64,000 bases of DNA from an uncultured Gemmatimonadales bacterium (GCA_963739455.1 CAVUAK010000001.1:1600001-1664000), one strand, 5' to 3'; shown: positions 1 through 10,455, numbered from the stretch's first letter. Numbers and translations: made by a program. Notes: generated by a model from the sequence alone, not told the origin.

Positions 1-1
1 C

Positions 2-844
2 ATGCGCGCGGGCTCTGACACTGACAGGCTCACTGCGGGGGCCGGTTGGCACGTACAGCTGTTCAAGATGCTGCTCCCTTTGGCATTCTTCAGCGCCGGT
101 ATCGCGAAGCTGCGTGTAAGCGGACTGTGGGCGTGGGCCAGTGCAGACAACCTCCGATATCAAGCGCTTCGTCACTTTTACACCCATAGGCCTCCGACCC
201 AGATTGCCCAATGGATCGCTAGCTATCCCATCCTGACCCAGAGCCTGGCGATCAATACCCTAGTGATCGAGCTTGGCGCTCCGCTCTTGGTCGTGCTCCG
301 CGGCTTTTGGCTGCTTGCGGCGCTTGGAGCCGTCGCGGGCATGCAGATCGGTTTCTGGCTCATCCTGGGCGTTTTCTTCTTCCACCTACTGCTGCTGATC
401 CTCTTTTTCTTCCTTCCCTGGCGCTCCATCGCCGCCCTGCTGCGCGCCCGTTGGCCCGCGGTGCCGATGGATGTGCTGTTTGATGGGTCTTGCGGGATCT
501 GCCAACAGACAATGTCGGTCCTTAGAGGTCTGGATGTTTTCGGTCGCCTCCGCAGACGCGACGTCCTTGCCGACTGGAGAGGGATCTCGGTTGATCATCC
601 TGCTCTAAGTCAGGACCGCTGTCTCGACACAATGCACGTCATCGCCTCGGATGGCGTGTACACGGGATTTGAGGCGTATCGACGCATGGCCCGCGTCCTT
701 CCGCTCATTTGGCTGGTCCTGCCGCTCCTATATCTTCCGCCTGTCCCTTGGTTTGGCCGGCGCATTTATGCGCGCGTTGCGCACTCGAGGCTCCTCAATG
801 GTTGCCCCATCCCGGAGCGCTCCGGTGTCGGGCCAATTGCCTGA
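2..844 (+). CDS. HTTM-like membrane domain fused to DCC1-like (DUF393) thiol-disulfide oxidoreductase; probably 5'-truncated by window edge
   Basis: Hydrophobic N-half with FFSAGIAKL; C-half VLFDGSCGIC (DxxCxxC), MHVI..GVYTGFEAY and RIYARVA typical of DCC family. Confidence 0.75.
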   Translation: MRAGSDTDRLTAGAGWHVQLFKMLLPLAFFSAGIAKLRVSGLWAWASADNLRYQALRHFYTHRPPTQIAQWIASYPILTQSLAINTLVIELGAPLLVVLRGFWLLAALGAVAGMQIGFWLILGVFFFHLLLLILFFFLPWRSIAALLRARWPAVPMDVLFDGSCGICQQTMSVLRGLDVFGRLRRRDVLADWRGISVDHPALSQDRCLDTMHVIASDGVYTGFEAYRRMARVLPLIWLVLPLLYLPPVPWFGRRIYARVAHSRLLNGCPIPERSGVGPIA

Positions 845-902
845 GCAATCTAAGTCTCTGCCATTGAGCGTCACTAGTCTGGTGGTGCACTCCGGGCGAG
901 CG

Positions 903-2408
903 ATGCAAATCGGCATCATGGCGCTGACGGGCTTGCTTGTGTCCGTCGGGTTCGCGTTGATGCTGCGCAACAACAGCACCCTCAGCATTTGGACAGATGA
1001 GGCGTACTCCCTCCACACAGCTACTCAGTCGCTCGGAAACGTTTGGAGCGAGAGTCTGGGCCTTCAGCGGCAGGGGCCCGTCTACTTTCTCTCCCTCGCC
1101 ACCTGGCTCAAGCTCGCTCCCGGTTTGTGGGGAGCTCGCCTGCTGTCGACCGTGTTTGTTGGGGGTGCGGTGCTCTTCGCTGGGCTCACGGCGCGTGACG
1201 TCATGCCAAGGGACCGTTGGTTGTACCCCCTGCTCGTCGCGCTGTGCCCATATACGCTCTGGGCCGGCTCCGAAGCCCGCGTGTACGCGATGAGCCTCTT
1301 CCTCGCGTCCCTGTCGACATACCTCCTTCTCAGGGCGCTCGCGCAGCCGCGCCCCCTCGTCTACTGGATCGGCTACGCACTCACGACCGCCTTTGGAGTC
1401 ATCGCGTTCTACCCGATGGCCCTGCTTCCCGTCGGTCAGGTGCTGGCGGCCTACGCAGTCGGTTCGCGGGAGGCGCGCCGCAGCCTGTGCATCGCCGCTG
1501 GAGGTACGATCCTGATGCTCCTGCCATGGGTGCCGATTGCCTGGTCGCAGGTGAGCCAAAGCTGGCTGCCAGAATGGAACAACCTCATCCAGCCGTTCGA
1601 TGCGCCACAGCAGCATGTCTCCATGATCGGGAGCATCGTGAATGCCGCGGGCTTCATGGCCGGCTCGGTGATGCGCTCACCGATCATCATCGATCGTGCA
1701 CCGGTGCGACTTTTTGCGATTCTCCTGGTCCTCGTCGCCGGCGGCATTGCAGTTGCCCGTGGCAAGACAGCGATGAACCCGGCTTGCCGCTTCTTCTTGC
1801 TCTGCTTCGGGATCATCGCGTCCGGCCTCATCCTGCTCATCGTGCTTCGGCCCGGCTTGATCCGGGATCGCTACGCGGTGATTCTCGTCGTGCCCACCAT
1901 GGCCGCCATCGCCAGTTGCGTCACTGCAATTCCGGCTGAACGCCTGCGCACCGTGCTGGTCGTGGCCTGGTGCGGGCTAATGGGCGTCTCGATGATCAGT
2001 TACCAGCGCAACAACCAAAGCGTGCAGGACTGGCGCGGAATCTCGACCTACATCGCCGCGAGGGGGCAGCCGCACGAGCCCATTCTCGTTCATTCCGCCG
2101 ACGGTGTGCTGCCTCTAAAGTTCGAGATGCACGGCTCTAACCCGGTGCGCGGCATCCCTGCCGAGCCCGATCTTGTGGTCTATGACCCCGGCGAGTTGCG
2201 TGTCTCCTCCGTCGCGCAGGTCGATTCCGCCTTGACTCCGCTTCTGTCGGGGCAGGGGACCATCTGGCTGGTCCTCAACCGATCGCTGACTCCCCGCTTC
2301 GGGACGGCGTATGTCGACCAGTTCAGGGTGGCGTCACTGCGGACGATCGATTCGGTAAGTGCGCCCGGGCTATCGGCGTATCACGTACAGTTACGGTCGC
2401 AGAACTAG
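903..2408 (+). CDS. GT-C fold membrane glycosyltransferase (family 39/ArnT/PMT-like)
   Basis: SIWTDEAYS, PVYFLSL, ARLLS, EARVYA, QDWRG motifs; many TM segments; ATG at 903 chosen within ORF 651..2408 (after upstream stop at 844). Confidence 0.75.
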   Translation: MQIGIMALTGLLVSVGFALMLRNNSTLSIWTDEAYSLHTATQSLGNVWSESLGLQRQGPVYFLSLATWLKLAPGLWGARLLSTVFVGGAVLFAGLTARDVMPRDRWLYPLLVALCPYTLWAGSEARVYAMSLFLASLSTYLLLRALAQPRPLVYWIGYALTTAFGVIAFYPMALLPVGQVLAAYAVGSREARRSLCIAAGGTILMLLPWVPIAWSQVSQSWLPEWNNLIQPFDAPQQHVSMIGSIVNAAGFMAGSVMRSPIIIDRAPVRLFAILLVLVAGGIAVARGKTAMNPACRFFLLCFGIIASGLILLIVLRPGLIRDRYAVILVVPTMAAIASCVTAIPAERLRTVLVVAWCGLMGVSMISYQRNNQSVQDWRGISTYIAARGQPHEPILVHSADGVLPLKFEMHGSNPVRGIPAEPDLVVYDPGELRVSSVAQVDSALTPLLSGQGTIWLVLNRSLTPRFGTAYVDQFRVASLRTIDSVSAPGLSAYHVQLRSQN

Positions 2409-3463
2409 CGGGAACTCACAGGCGGTCCGGCGGTCGAATTGGCGTTCACCAGCCACGACAAGGCACCTGCAAGCGCCCAGTCGGTGTACTTTTCATTGCC
2501 CTCCCTTGTCACATGGTCGAAGTCATCGGCAAAATCGGCGTCCGTCAGCGGCGACGTAGTTGTCATGTCGACGACCGCTGCTCCATACGGTTCCGCGATC
2601 CTCCGGACTTCGTCGGCAAACGTCGAAAGGGTCGTGCTGAGGGCGAGCGGGCTGATCGTCCCTGGCTTCCTGGGATACAGGATGATCGTCACGTCGATGC
2701 CGCGTGCCTGGAATGACGTCAGGATGTTGCGGAGCGACTGCATCTGAGTCGAGTCACCGATGCACTGGGCGCCGCGCTCCATGGCGCGCTGCCAGCTCGC
2801 ATTACGCTGGTTGAGGTCGCTGGCGACTTCGTCCGCTGGCACAGGTCGGAAGCGCTGCCTGAGCAGGGGCAGGAGCATCTGCTGGCTCCGGTTGCGCACC
2901 AACACCGATACGCGCATCAGGCGCGACCAGTGATACTGCAGGAAGTTACGATTGTACGCGTTGAGTCCGTTTTGGCGCACGTCTTCCAGAAAATCGATAG
3001 TAGTCCAGGCGCGAGCAGGCAGGTTCGGCACATATCCGCCAGCGGTGCCGGGCGCGCAGGAATCCCACCACTCTGTCAGCAGGATCGCGTGACGCACGGC
3101 ACTCTTGTCGCCGAGTTCAGGCCAGACCCGGTGATTCAGCAACCACTCGTAGCTGCTGAGCTTGCCCCATTCCAGCGGTACCGCGACGATCCGCTGCTGG
3201 CCCGCAGTTCGCTTCGCCACCTCGGCCCCGACCTGGTCGAAGGTTCGCGCATGGCTCGAGCCGATGACGAGCACAGTCGGGTTGACCTGCCGCATGTCGC
3301 TGATCGCGTCGTCGACCTCGCGCCGCGGTCGTGGGTAGGCGCTAAGGCGCGCAAGGGCGATGTCGAGGCCAGCCACTGCCACGACAGCGAACAATGCGAC
3401 GATGGCGACGTTTCGCCATGTCTTGCTGACGGGAGCTGAACCCGATTCGAGCGGGGCGCTCAC
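2405..3463 (-). CDS. SGNH-like/DltD-like extracytoplasmic acyltransferase partner of MBOAT
   Basis: N-terminal TM anchor, VLVIGSSH (block I Ser) and C-terminal DFDHV (DxxH); last gene of MBOAT-ACP-ligase cassette. Confidence 0.65.
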   Translation of the reverse strand: MSAPLESGSAPVSKTWRNVAIVALFAVVAVAGLDIALARLSAYPRPRREVDDAISDMRQVNPTVLVIGSSHARTFDQVGAEVAKRTAGQQRIVAVPLEWGKLSSYEWLLNHRVWPELGDKSAVRHAILLTEWWDSCAPGTAGGYVPNLPARAWTTIDFLEDVRQNGLNAYNRNFLQYHWSRLMRVSVLVRNRSQQMLLPLLRQRFRPVPADEVASDLNQRNASWQRAMERGAQCIGDSTQMQSLRNILTSFQARGIDVTIILYPRKPGTISPLALSTTLSTFADEVRRIAEPYGAAVVDMTTTSPLTDADFADDFDHVTREGNEKYTDWALAGALSWLVNANSTAGPPVSSR

Positions 3464-5448
3464 TTGGACTCCGCGGCGCCGAGCTGTGTCGCGACGGACA
3501 GCGACGGATGCCGTGAAATAGCCGCGAGCGAAGCAGGGTTCCTGAGTGAGCTGAGGTTCGCGGGGACCTTCCCGTTCAGCACGTCCCGTGCAGCCCGCTC
3601 ACTCACCTTGCCGCTGAACGTTTGTGGAAGGTCCGTCACCTCAGCGATGACGGCCGGCACGTGATTCACCGACAGCGTCGTGGCGAGCATCTTCTTGAGT
3701 TGCAGTGTCAGCTTCCGGTCGAGGGACTTGCCAGTGGCCATCGTAAGCAAGAGAACGAGCCGGCTCCCTCCCGGTTCACGACTGTCTATCTGCTCGACGG
3801 CGAGGGCCTCGGACACCTCCGGCACTCGCTGCAGGGCATTGTAGATCTCCGCCGGACCGATCCGGACTCCACGGATGTTGAGGACGCCGTCTGTGCGGCC
3901 GAGCACTCGCGCGGTATTCCGGGGAGTGAGGGTGATCAGGTCCCCGTGCGTCCAGACACACGGATGCTGGTCGAAGTAAGAGGCGCGCATCCGCTCCCCA
4001 CCGGGATCATTGAGAAAGCCGACCGGACGTGAGGGGAAGGGCGTGCAGCAAACGAGCTCGCCGGTGCCGACCACCATTGGACCGTCGTCAACCCAGGCGC
4101 GCACGTCGAGGCCAAGGCTGAGGCACTGACTTTCGCCGGCAAACACCGGCAACTCCGGGTTGCCCAGCACAAAGCAGCCAATGATGTCGGTTCCGCCGGA
4201 GATCGATTGCACAAGGCACCCGCCGAACGCGGCGGTGGCCCACTCATGGAGGTCGTCGCGCAAGACAGAGCCGGTGGAGAGAACGGACCGGACCCCTGAC
4301 ACGTCGCCACGTGTTCGGGGCTCGATGGACGCCTCCCGGAGCATCTGCAGGTAGGTCGGATTTGTCCCGAAGACGGTGACGCCCCGGGCAAGGGCTGTGA
4401 CCAGCAGGCTGTCAGGCTCAGGATACGTGACCGAGCCATCATAGACCACGATCTCCGCGCCCGTACCGAGACCGGAGAGCAGCCAATTCCACATCATCCA
4501 GCCGCACGTGGTCTGGTACAGCATCACGTCGCCGTACCCAAGGTCGCCGTGCAGACGGTGCTCCTTGAGGTGCTCGAGCAGGGTCCCACCCACACCGTGC
4601 ACGATGGCCTTGGGGCGCCCAGTCGTCCCGGAGCTGTAGAGCACGAAGAGTGGATGGTCGAACGGGACCCTCGGCCACTCGTGCTCGCCGTCGCCAGGCT
4701 TCGCAGCTGCACTCAGGCTCTGGATGGTGTGAGTCGGGCAACCCCCCGTTGCGGCGGCGCCATCCAGTGCAATGATCCCAGCAATGCTCGGAATATCCCG
4801 CGAGAGTCGACTGAGTACATCCGTCACGTTGCGGACGACACCGTGATGCTGGAACTGTCCATGCGCCACCAGCAGCCTGGGCTCGAACTGCCCAAAGCGC
4901 TCCCGGATCGCGTCATAGCCGAGATCTGGCGAGAGCGCGCTCCACACAGCACCGCGACCGGTCACCGCGAGGCAAGCCACCGCCGTGTCGATAGTGTTCC
5001 GCACGATAGCGGCAACATGGTCCCCAGGACCGATACCGAGCTGTTCAAGTCCCCCAGCCAGTGCAGAAACACGCGCGCGGAGCTCACCCCTCGAGATCGA
5101 GCTGGTCGCGCCCGCCTCGTTCACCTCTCGGATGGCGGGCCAGCTGTCATCACCGGGAAGCTGGCGCAGCAGGTTCTCAGTGTAGTTGAGGCGAAGCTCC
5201 GGAAAAAACCGGGCACTCGCGATCTCGTCTCCGGTGCAAACCGGGTAGATCGAGCCAATGGCGATCAACCCGCTCCAGTCCAGGAATGCCTCCCAGAACG
5301 CGCGAAAGTGCTGTATGGAGAAGGCGTGAAGGTTATGCCACTCACCGAGATCGACCCCCACCTTTGCCTGCAGGAAGTCGCGGAACTCGCCGAGGTCGGT
5401 GGCCGACTGCGCAGGTGGTTGCCATAATGGTGCCAGGGTGCTGGTCAT
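3460..5448 (-). CDS. Acetoacetate--CoA ligase family adenylate-forming enzyme
   Basis: FFPELRLNYTENLL, YSSGTTGRPKAIVH, TTCGWMMWNWL, SISGGTDI, WTHGD, LPQTFSGK; 662 aa. Confidence 0.9.
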   Translation of the reverse strand: MTSTLAPLWQPPAQSATDLGEFRDFLQAKVGVDLGEWHNLHAFSIQHFRAFWEAFLDWSGLIAIGSIYPVCTGDEIASARFFPELRLNYTENLLRQLPGDDSWPAIREVNEAGATSSISRGELRARVSALAGGLEQLGIGPGDHVAAIVRNTIDTAVACLAVTGRGAVWSALSPDLGYDAIRERFGQFEPRLLVAHGQFQHHGVVRNVTDVLSRLSRDIPSIAGIIALDGAAATGGCPTHTIQSLSAAAKPGDGEHEWPRVPFDHPLFVLYSSGTTGRPKAIVHGVGGTLLEHLKEHRLHGDLGYGDVMLYQTTCGWMMWNWLLSGLGTGAEIVVYDGSVTYPEPDSLLVTALARGVTVFGTNPTYLQMLREASIEPRTRGDVSGVRSVLSTGSVLRDDLHEWATAAFGGCLVQSISGGTDIIGCFVLGNPELPVFAGESQCLSLGLDVRAWVDDGPMVVGTGELVCCTPFPSRPVGFLNDPGGERMRASYFDQHPCVWTHGDLITLTPRNTARVLGRTDGVLNIRGVRIGPAEIYNALQRVPEVSEALAVEQIDSREPGGSRLVLLLTMATGKSLDRKLTLQLKKMLATTLSVNHVPAVIAEVTDLPQTFSGKVSERAARDVLNGKVPANLSSLRNPASLAAISRHPSLSVATQLGAAESK

Positions 5449-5708
5449 GGCGCGGGCTGGAGGCGCCGAACCTGGCCAACGATCTTCCCCAAGCTGTCGA
5501 AGTTCTCGCGCGTCAGGCTCTTTCGATCGACGGTGATGCCGTAGCGCTGCTCCAGATACACCACGAGCCGAACGAATCCAAGGCTGTCGAGAATGCCATT
5601 CTCGATGAACGAGCGCTCGTCATCGCCGATCAATGTCTCGGCGTCGCCGAAATGCACGTTGTCATCGAGCCAGTCGATGACGTCGCGGCGGATATCAGAA
5701 CTGGGCAT
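5445..5708 (-). CDS. Stand-alone acyl carrier protein (DltC-like)
   Basis: 87 aa acidic protein, GILDSLG phosphopantetheine motif and ENFDSL tail; overlaps both neighbours. Confidence 0.9.
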   Translation of the reverse strand: MPSSDIRRDVIDWLDDNVHFGDAETLIGDDERSFIENGILDSLGFVRLVVYLEQRYGITVDRKSLTRENFDSLGKIVGQVRRLQPAP

Positions 5709-7149
5709 AGATGAACGCCCCGTCGCCGATCGGCGCGAAGAGCAGCAGGAAGGCGATGAGCGCACCATACGCAAGCCCGCGTACCGGTGCGGGCAGCCGG
5801 AACAGCCGGTCACGGATGCGCGTACCGAGTGAGGATGACTGCCCGTGGTAGGCTGCCACGATCACAACGGCCAGCAGCAGGGTCTTGCTCGTCAGTACCA
5901 GCGAGTCGTTGCCACCCTGTAGGAGGCCTGGCCAGAAGCGCGCGATGTCACCCAGCGTCGCGGCGCGGAACGGCAACATGCTGGCGACGAAGAAAAACTG
6001 CGTGACGGCCCAGGCAAACATCAGGTACGGGGTACTGCGGCGCAGCGTGACCCAGCGCCGGTCGGCGCGCGACCTCCGCTTGAAAGCCTCATCCCACCAG
6101 GCATGCACGGCGAGCCCGATCCCCTGAACGAGCCCCCACAGGACGAAGGGCCAGGTGGCCCCGTGCCAGAGACCGGAGAAAAGGAACACGGCGGTGAACG
6201 CGGCCGGAATACTCTTCTTGAACCAGCCCTTCCCTGTCGTCATGGGAACGAAGAGGTACTCGAAGAGCCAGGTGCTTAGGCTGATGTGCCAGTTGCGCCA
6301 GAAGGCGAGCAGGTTCGTGGTGGCGAAGGGGAATGCAAAGTTCCGGGGCAGTTCCAGCCCCAGCAACTTGCCGGCACCAATGGCGATGGCGCTGTACCCG
6401 CCGAAGTCGCACAGTACTTGTCCGGCATAACAAGCCAGGGCAACCCAGTGAGAGATCGTGTTGAAGCGCTCGGGGTCGGCGAACACCGGATTGACCGACT
6501 GGGCGAAGATCGGGGCGAGGTAGAGTTTCGCAAAGAGCCCGAAAAGTATGTGTGTGGCACCAGATGCCCATTGTTCCGCCCGGGGGCTCCGAGGAGCGGC
6601 CAACTGTGGTAGCATGGCGCGCGCGCTGCTGATCGGACCAGCAAGGAGTTGGGGAAAGAACGATACAAAGAGGGCATAGTCGAGCAGTGACTCCGACGGA
6701 AACACCCGCTCATGGTAGACGTCGATCAGGTAGCCCAGCTTGCTCAACGTGTAGAAGGAGAGCCCGATCGGAATCGCGAGGTGCAGCAGCGGAAGCGCCG
6801 ATGGAAACCCGGCGCTCGTCAGCAGGGAGTTGAGGGACGATGCCAGGAAGGGCTCGTACTTGAGCAGTGCCAGCACGCCGACATTGACGGCGATTCCCGA
6901 CAGGAACGCTGCTTGTCGTAGACGAGGCCTGCCGGAAGAACCGCCAGCTACCATCAGCCTGGCGACGGCGAAGTCACATAGCGTGAGCGCGACAAGGAGC
7001 GGGAGGAGCCTCAGGCTCCACGAAGCGAAGAAGAGGTAACTCGCCAGCAGCAGGAGCGCATTCTGCAGCATCCGCTGGCGCGGCATGAGCCAATACAGTG
7101 CCCAGACCACCGGAAAGAAGAACGCGAACTCAATGGCGGCGAGACTCAC
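5695..7149 (-). CDS. MBOAT family O-acyltransferase (AlgI/DltB-like)
   Basis: PIGLSFYT, FFPQLLAGPI, DFGGYS, FWRNWHISLSTW, GLWHGA, C-terminal FIYAQF. Confidence 0.92.
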   Translation of the reverse strand: MSLAAIEFAFFFPVVWALYWLMPRQRMLQNALLLLASYLFFASWSLRLLPLLVALTLCDFAVARLMVAGGSSGRPRLRQAAFLSGIAVNVGVLALLKYEPFLASSLNSLLTSAGFPSALPLLHLAIPIGLSFYTLSKLGYLIDVYHERVFPSESLLDYALFVSFFPQLLAGPISSARAMLPQLAAPRSPRAEQWASGATHILFGLFAKLYLAPIFAQSVNPVFADPERFNTISHWVALACYAGQVLCDFGGYSAIAIGAGKLLGLELPRNFAFPFATTNLLAFWRNWHISLSTWLFEYLFVPMTTGKGWFKKSIPAAFTAVFLFSGLWHGATWPFVLWGLVQGIGLAVHAWWDEAFKRRSRADRRWVTLRRSTPYLMFAWAVTQFFFVASMLPFRAATLGDIARFWPGLLQGGNDSLVLTSKTLLLAVVIVAAYHGQSSSLGTRIRDRLFRLPAPVRGLAYGALIAFLLLFAPIGDGAFIYAQF

Positions 7150-7161
7150 GTCAGTCGACCC

Positions 7162-8685
7162 CTATGCAACGGACCCACCACGCATCGCGGCGAGGAAGGC
7201 GGCGCCCCGGTGCCTGAGTACAGGAAACATGGCAAGAGAATAGGCCACGGCGCCTGCAAGAATCTCGAGGGCTAATCGCGGTATTGCCGGAAAGTCGGCT
7301 GCGAGCAGCGTCCGCACCGCATATACGGCTGCTACCATGACCACGGACCCCGTGATCGCCGGGAGAAGCGAGGCGACGTACTTCACGAACGAGAGGTCGA
7401 TTTCATGGAGGACCGCCACGAGGAGTGGCCCGCTCACCACTGGATAGAAAATCAGCCAGGCAACAGCGACACCCGGGAGGCCGTACCGCGCCCCCACGGC
7501 GAAACTGCCAATCAGGAGCGCGCTTGCAAGAAGGCTGTTCTTGAGCACTGCACGGGTCTTGTTGCGGGCGATGAGTATCGACGGTAGCAGCACGAGGACC
7601 GAGCGCATCACAGCGAGCACGCACAGGATCTGCATCGGCACGACAGCTGGGCCCCACTTCGCTCCCAGGACGCCGACCAGGAGATGGTCCGCGATCATCG
7701 CCAGTCCCAGGGAGGCCGGGAATGTCACGAGACTCAAACCTTGGGTGACCAGCAACAGGTATCGGCGCATGCGCGCCGAATCATGCTTTGTTGCTGAGAA
7801 ATAGGATGGCAAGACCCGGGTGACGAGGCCTGAGATCTTGTCCAGTGGCGCTGCGGAGAACGACAGTGCAAGCGTATACGCGCCCAAGGATGCGGCACCC
7901 AGGAGCCGTCCAACGATCAATTGGTCCGCGTTGGAATACGCGAAGTAGCCCAGCCTGCTCAGTAGCACGTCCCGCCCAAACCCCAGGGCATGCCCAAGGC
8001 CCTGCCCGGTTGGTCGCCGGAACCCGATGGGTACCGCTCTGCTCAGCATGATGGTAGAGAGGAATTGAGCCATGACGCCGCCGAGCACAAGCGACCAGTA
8101 GCGAAACCCCATGAATGCAAGGGCAACCGTAATGAGGGCCTGCGTTGCCGCCTGGGCAGCCTCGATGATCGAGAGGCGCTTGAAGCCGAGGTCCCGCTGG
8201 AGCACCCCGGAGCGAACAGTCTGAAGCGACGCAAAACAGGCCGTGAGCCCGAGAACAGCAAGCACCGGGAACAGTTCGGGGTACCGGAAGAACAGGCTGA
8301 GTGGCCAGGCAAGTGCAAGAGTAAGCGCGTAGGCGCCCGCGCCAAGCAAGGCTGCCAGGCCGTTGAGCTCCTCCAATTGTGTCGTGGTCATCTGTCGAAG
8401 GTTGACCACCGCACTCCCTAACCCGAACTCGCTCAGCATCGTCATGAGCGACAGATAGACCGTCGCCATGCCGAAAATGCCGTAGTCGGCGGGGGCGAGG
8501 AGCCGAGCCGTCGCGAGCGTCGCCACCCACGAAAGCACTTGCGCGCTCCACTTCGCCGCGGCCGTCCAGGCGACCCCATGGGCAAATGAGCGATCGAGCT
8601 GACGAGCTGGTGCACCAAGAGCGTCTGTAGGAAAGGATTCTCTCAGCGCACTCTGGTGGCTGTCGCTCGCGGTCGGAATACTCAT
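7162..8685 (-). CDS. wzx: Wzx/WzxC-like polysaccharide flippase
   Basis: ARLLAPADYG, EFGLGSAVV, DQLIVGRLLG..LGAY, 12+ TM segments. Confidence 0.9.
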   Translation of the reverse strand: MSIPTASDSHQSALRESFPTDALGAPARQLDRSFAHGVAWTAAAKWSAQVLSWVATLATARLLAPADYGIFGMATVYLSLMTMLSEFGLGSAVVNLRQMTTTQLEELNGLAALLGAGAYALTLALAWPLSLFFRYPELFPVLAVLGLTACFASLQTVRSGVLQRDLGFKRLSIIEAAQAATQALITVALAFMGFRYWSLVLGGVMAQFLSTIMLSRAVPIGFRRPTGQGLGHALGFGRDVLLSRLGYFAYSNADQLIVGRLLGAASLGAYTLALSFSAAPLDKISGLVTRVLPSYFSATKHDSARMRRYLLLVTQGLSLVTFPASLGLAMIADHLLVGVLGAKWGPAVVPMQILCVLAVMRSVLVLLPSILIARNKTRAVLKNSLLASALLIGSFAVGARYGLPGVAVAWLIFYPVVSGPLLVAVLHEIDLSFVKYVASLLPAITGSVVMVAAVYAVRTLLAADFPAIPRLALEILAGAVAYSLAMFPVLRHRGAAFLAAMRGGSVA

Positions 8686-8690
8686 CAGGT

Positions 8691-10436
8691 TTAGGCGAAC
8701 GCCGTGACGGGCTCGCCAACCGCACCTAGCGCGCGCCGGACCAGTTGGGACGCGAAGCCCGACTCAGGTGGCGGCAGCGCCGCGCCTTCACTCACGATCG
8801 CGCAGCCGGTCGGGCAGGTCCCCGCGATCCGCTGCACCTCGCTGAACTGGACCCGGTTGAATGACGTCGGCGCGTAGCGCACGTTCAGGAAGCGCACCAG
8901 CTCCGCCACCTCGTTGCCGACACCGGTTTCGACCGCCCGGAACCCCGCATATACCGCCTCTACCAGCGCCGCCGACGGCGCCTGTCGCCCCCGGCCAATG
9001 CCGACATACGCGAGGCCGCTCGCCTCCACGTCCGCCGCCCGCATCAGGTTGCACGCATCCACCACCTGCTTCGCCTTCGGCGCCATCGCAGCAATCGCCT
9101 TCCACTGCTCCGCGTACACACGGTGCGGACAGCAGAGCACGATCACCTCCGCGTCGCCCACCGCCTCGGCTAGGTCACGCGTGAACACATCCGTCATGCC
9201 GAAGATGCTTCAGGTTCGCGTCCGTCGCATACACATACGGGTCATGGATCTGCACCTGTACGCCGTGTGCCCGGAGCACCTTCGCGAAGTACAGCGTCGG
9301 CGAGTTCCGCGTGTCCTCGGAGTTGCCCCGGTAGGCCGCGCCCAGCAGCGCAACACGCTTCCCCTTGAGGCTACCGAACGCGCGCTCCGCCAGCCGCAGC
9401 GTCTCTGCCGGCGACTGGTCGTTGATCCGGCGCGACTCCAGGATCAGCGACCGCGAGTTGTCCTCCCCCGCCTCGAGCGCCCGCCACCAGAGCAGCACGC
9501 CGTCCTTCGGCAGGCAGTGCCCGCCCACGCCCAGCATCGGCACCAGCAGCCCGCCGCTCGGCACCGCCTGCGGGTCGCTCGACGCCGTGTCCTCCTGCTT
9601 CGCCTTCGTGTTCACGGCATCGCGCAGGGCGAAGAAATCGATGTCCTGCGCGTCGCAGTAGCGCACGACCTCGGCCGCATACGCGATGCGCACGTCGCGG
9701 TAGGCGTTCTCCAGCGTCTTCACCACCTCGGCCGTCATGCTGTTCGTCGCGTGCAGCTCGCCCTGGGTCACGATCTTCGAGTAGAGCCGCCGGATCAGCC
9801 CCGGCGTCTCCGGGTGCAGGCCCGCGATGATCTTGTCCGACGCCGCCACACGCTCCACCAGGCGGCCCGGCATCACCCGGTTGGGGCTGTTGCCCAGCAG
9901 GATGTCCTTCCCCTCGATCAGGCCGTGCTTGGCGAAGTGATCCGTGATCACCGTCGCCATGGACGACGGCGCCAGCGTCGACTCGAACACGATCACCGGC
10001 ACGTTGCCCTGCGGGCCGCTTCTGCAGCGCCAGCGCGATGCCCGTCAGCGCCTCGAACATCGGGCCGTAGTCGGGCACAGCCCCCTTCTTGTCGGTCTGC
10101 ACGGAGATCAGGATCATGTCGGCGTCGCGACAGCGCATCGTAGCCGTGCGCCGCGCTCAGCAGCCCCGCCGCGACCGATTCCTTCACCACCCGGTCGAGG
10201 TCGGGCTCGACGCCGCCGATCGGCGACTTGCCCGCGTTGATCGCGTCCACCTTCCAGCCCGAGGTCGGCGAGTTGCGCTGCACCACGACCACCTTGGCCG
10301 GCTCCGTCGAGCCTTCCCGGATGCGGGCGTGAGCCAGCATCGCCGCCATCGGCATGCCGACGATGCCAGGGCCCACGACGGCGATCTTGCGGACGGTCCA
10401 GGCGGTGACCTTGTCGTTCTCTAGCGTGAGCGGCAT
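8691..10436 (-). CDS. UDP-sugar (UDP-Glc/GDP-Man/UDP-ManNAc family) dehydrogenase, split by about 3 indels
   Basis: Fragments 9993..10436, 9371..10138, 9175..10002, 8691..9197 carry GPGIVG, FESTLAP, AEVVKTLENAYRDV, GVGGHCLPKD, YRGNSEDTRNSP. Confidence 0.88.
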
Positions 10437-10455
10437 CGGTCTCGTCGGGTCAGGG

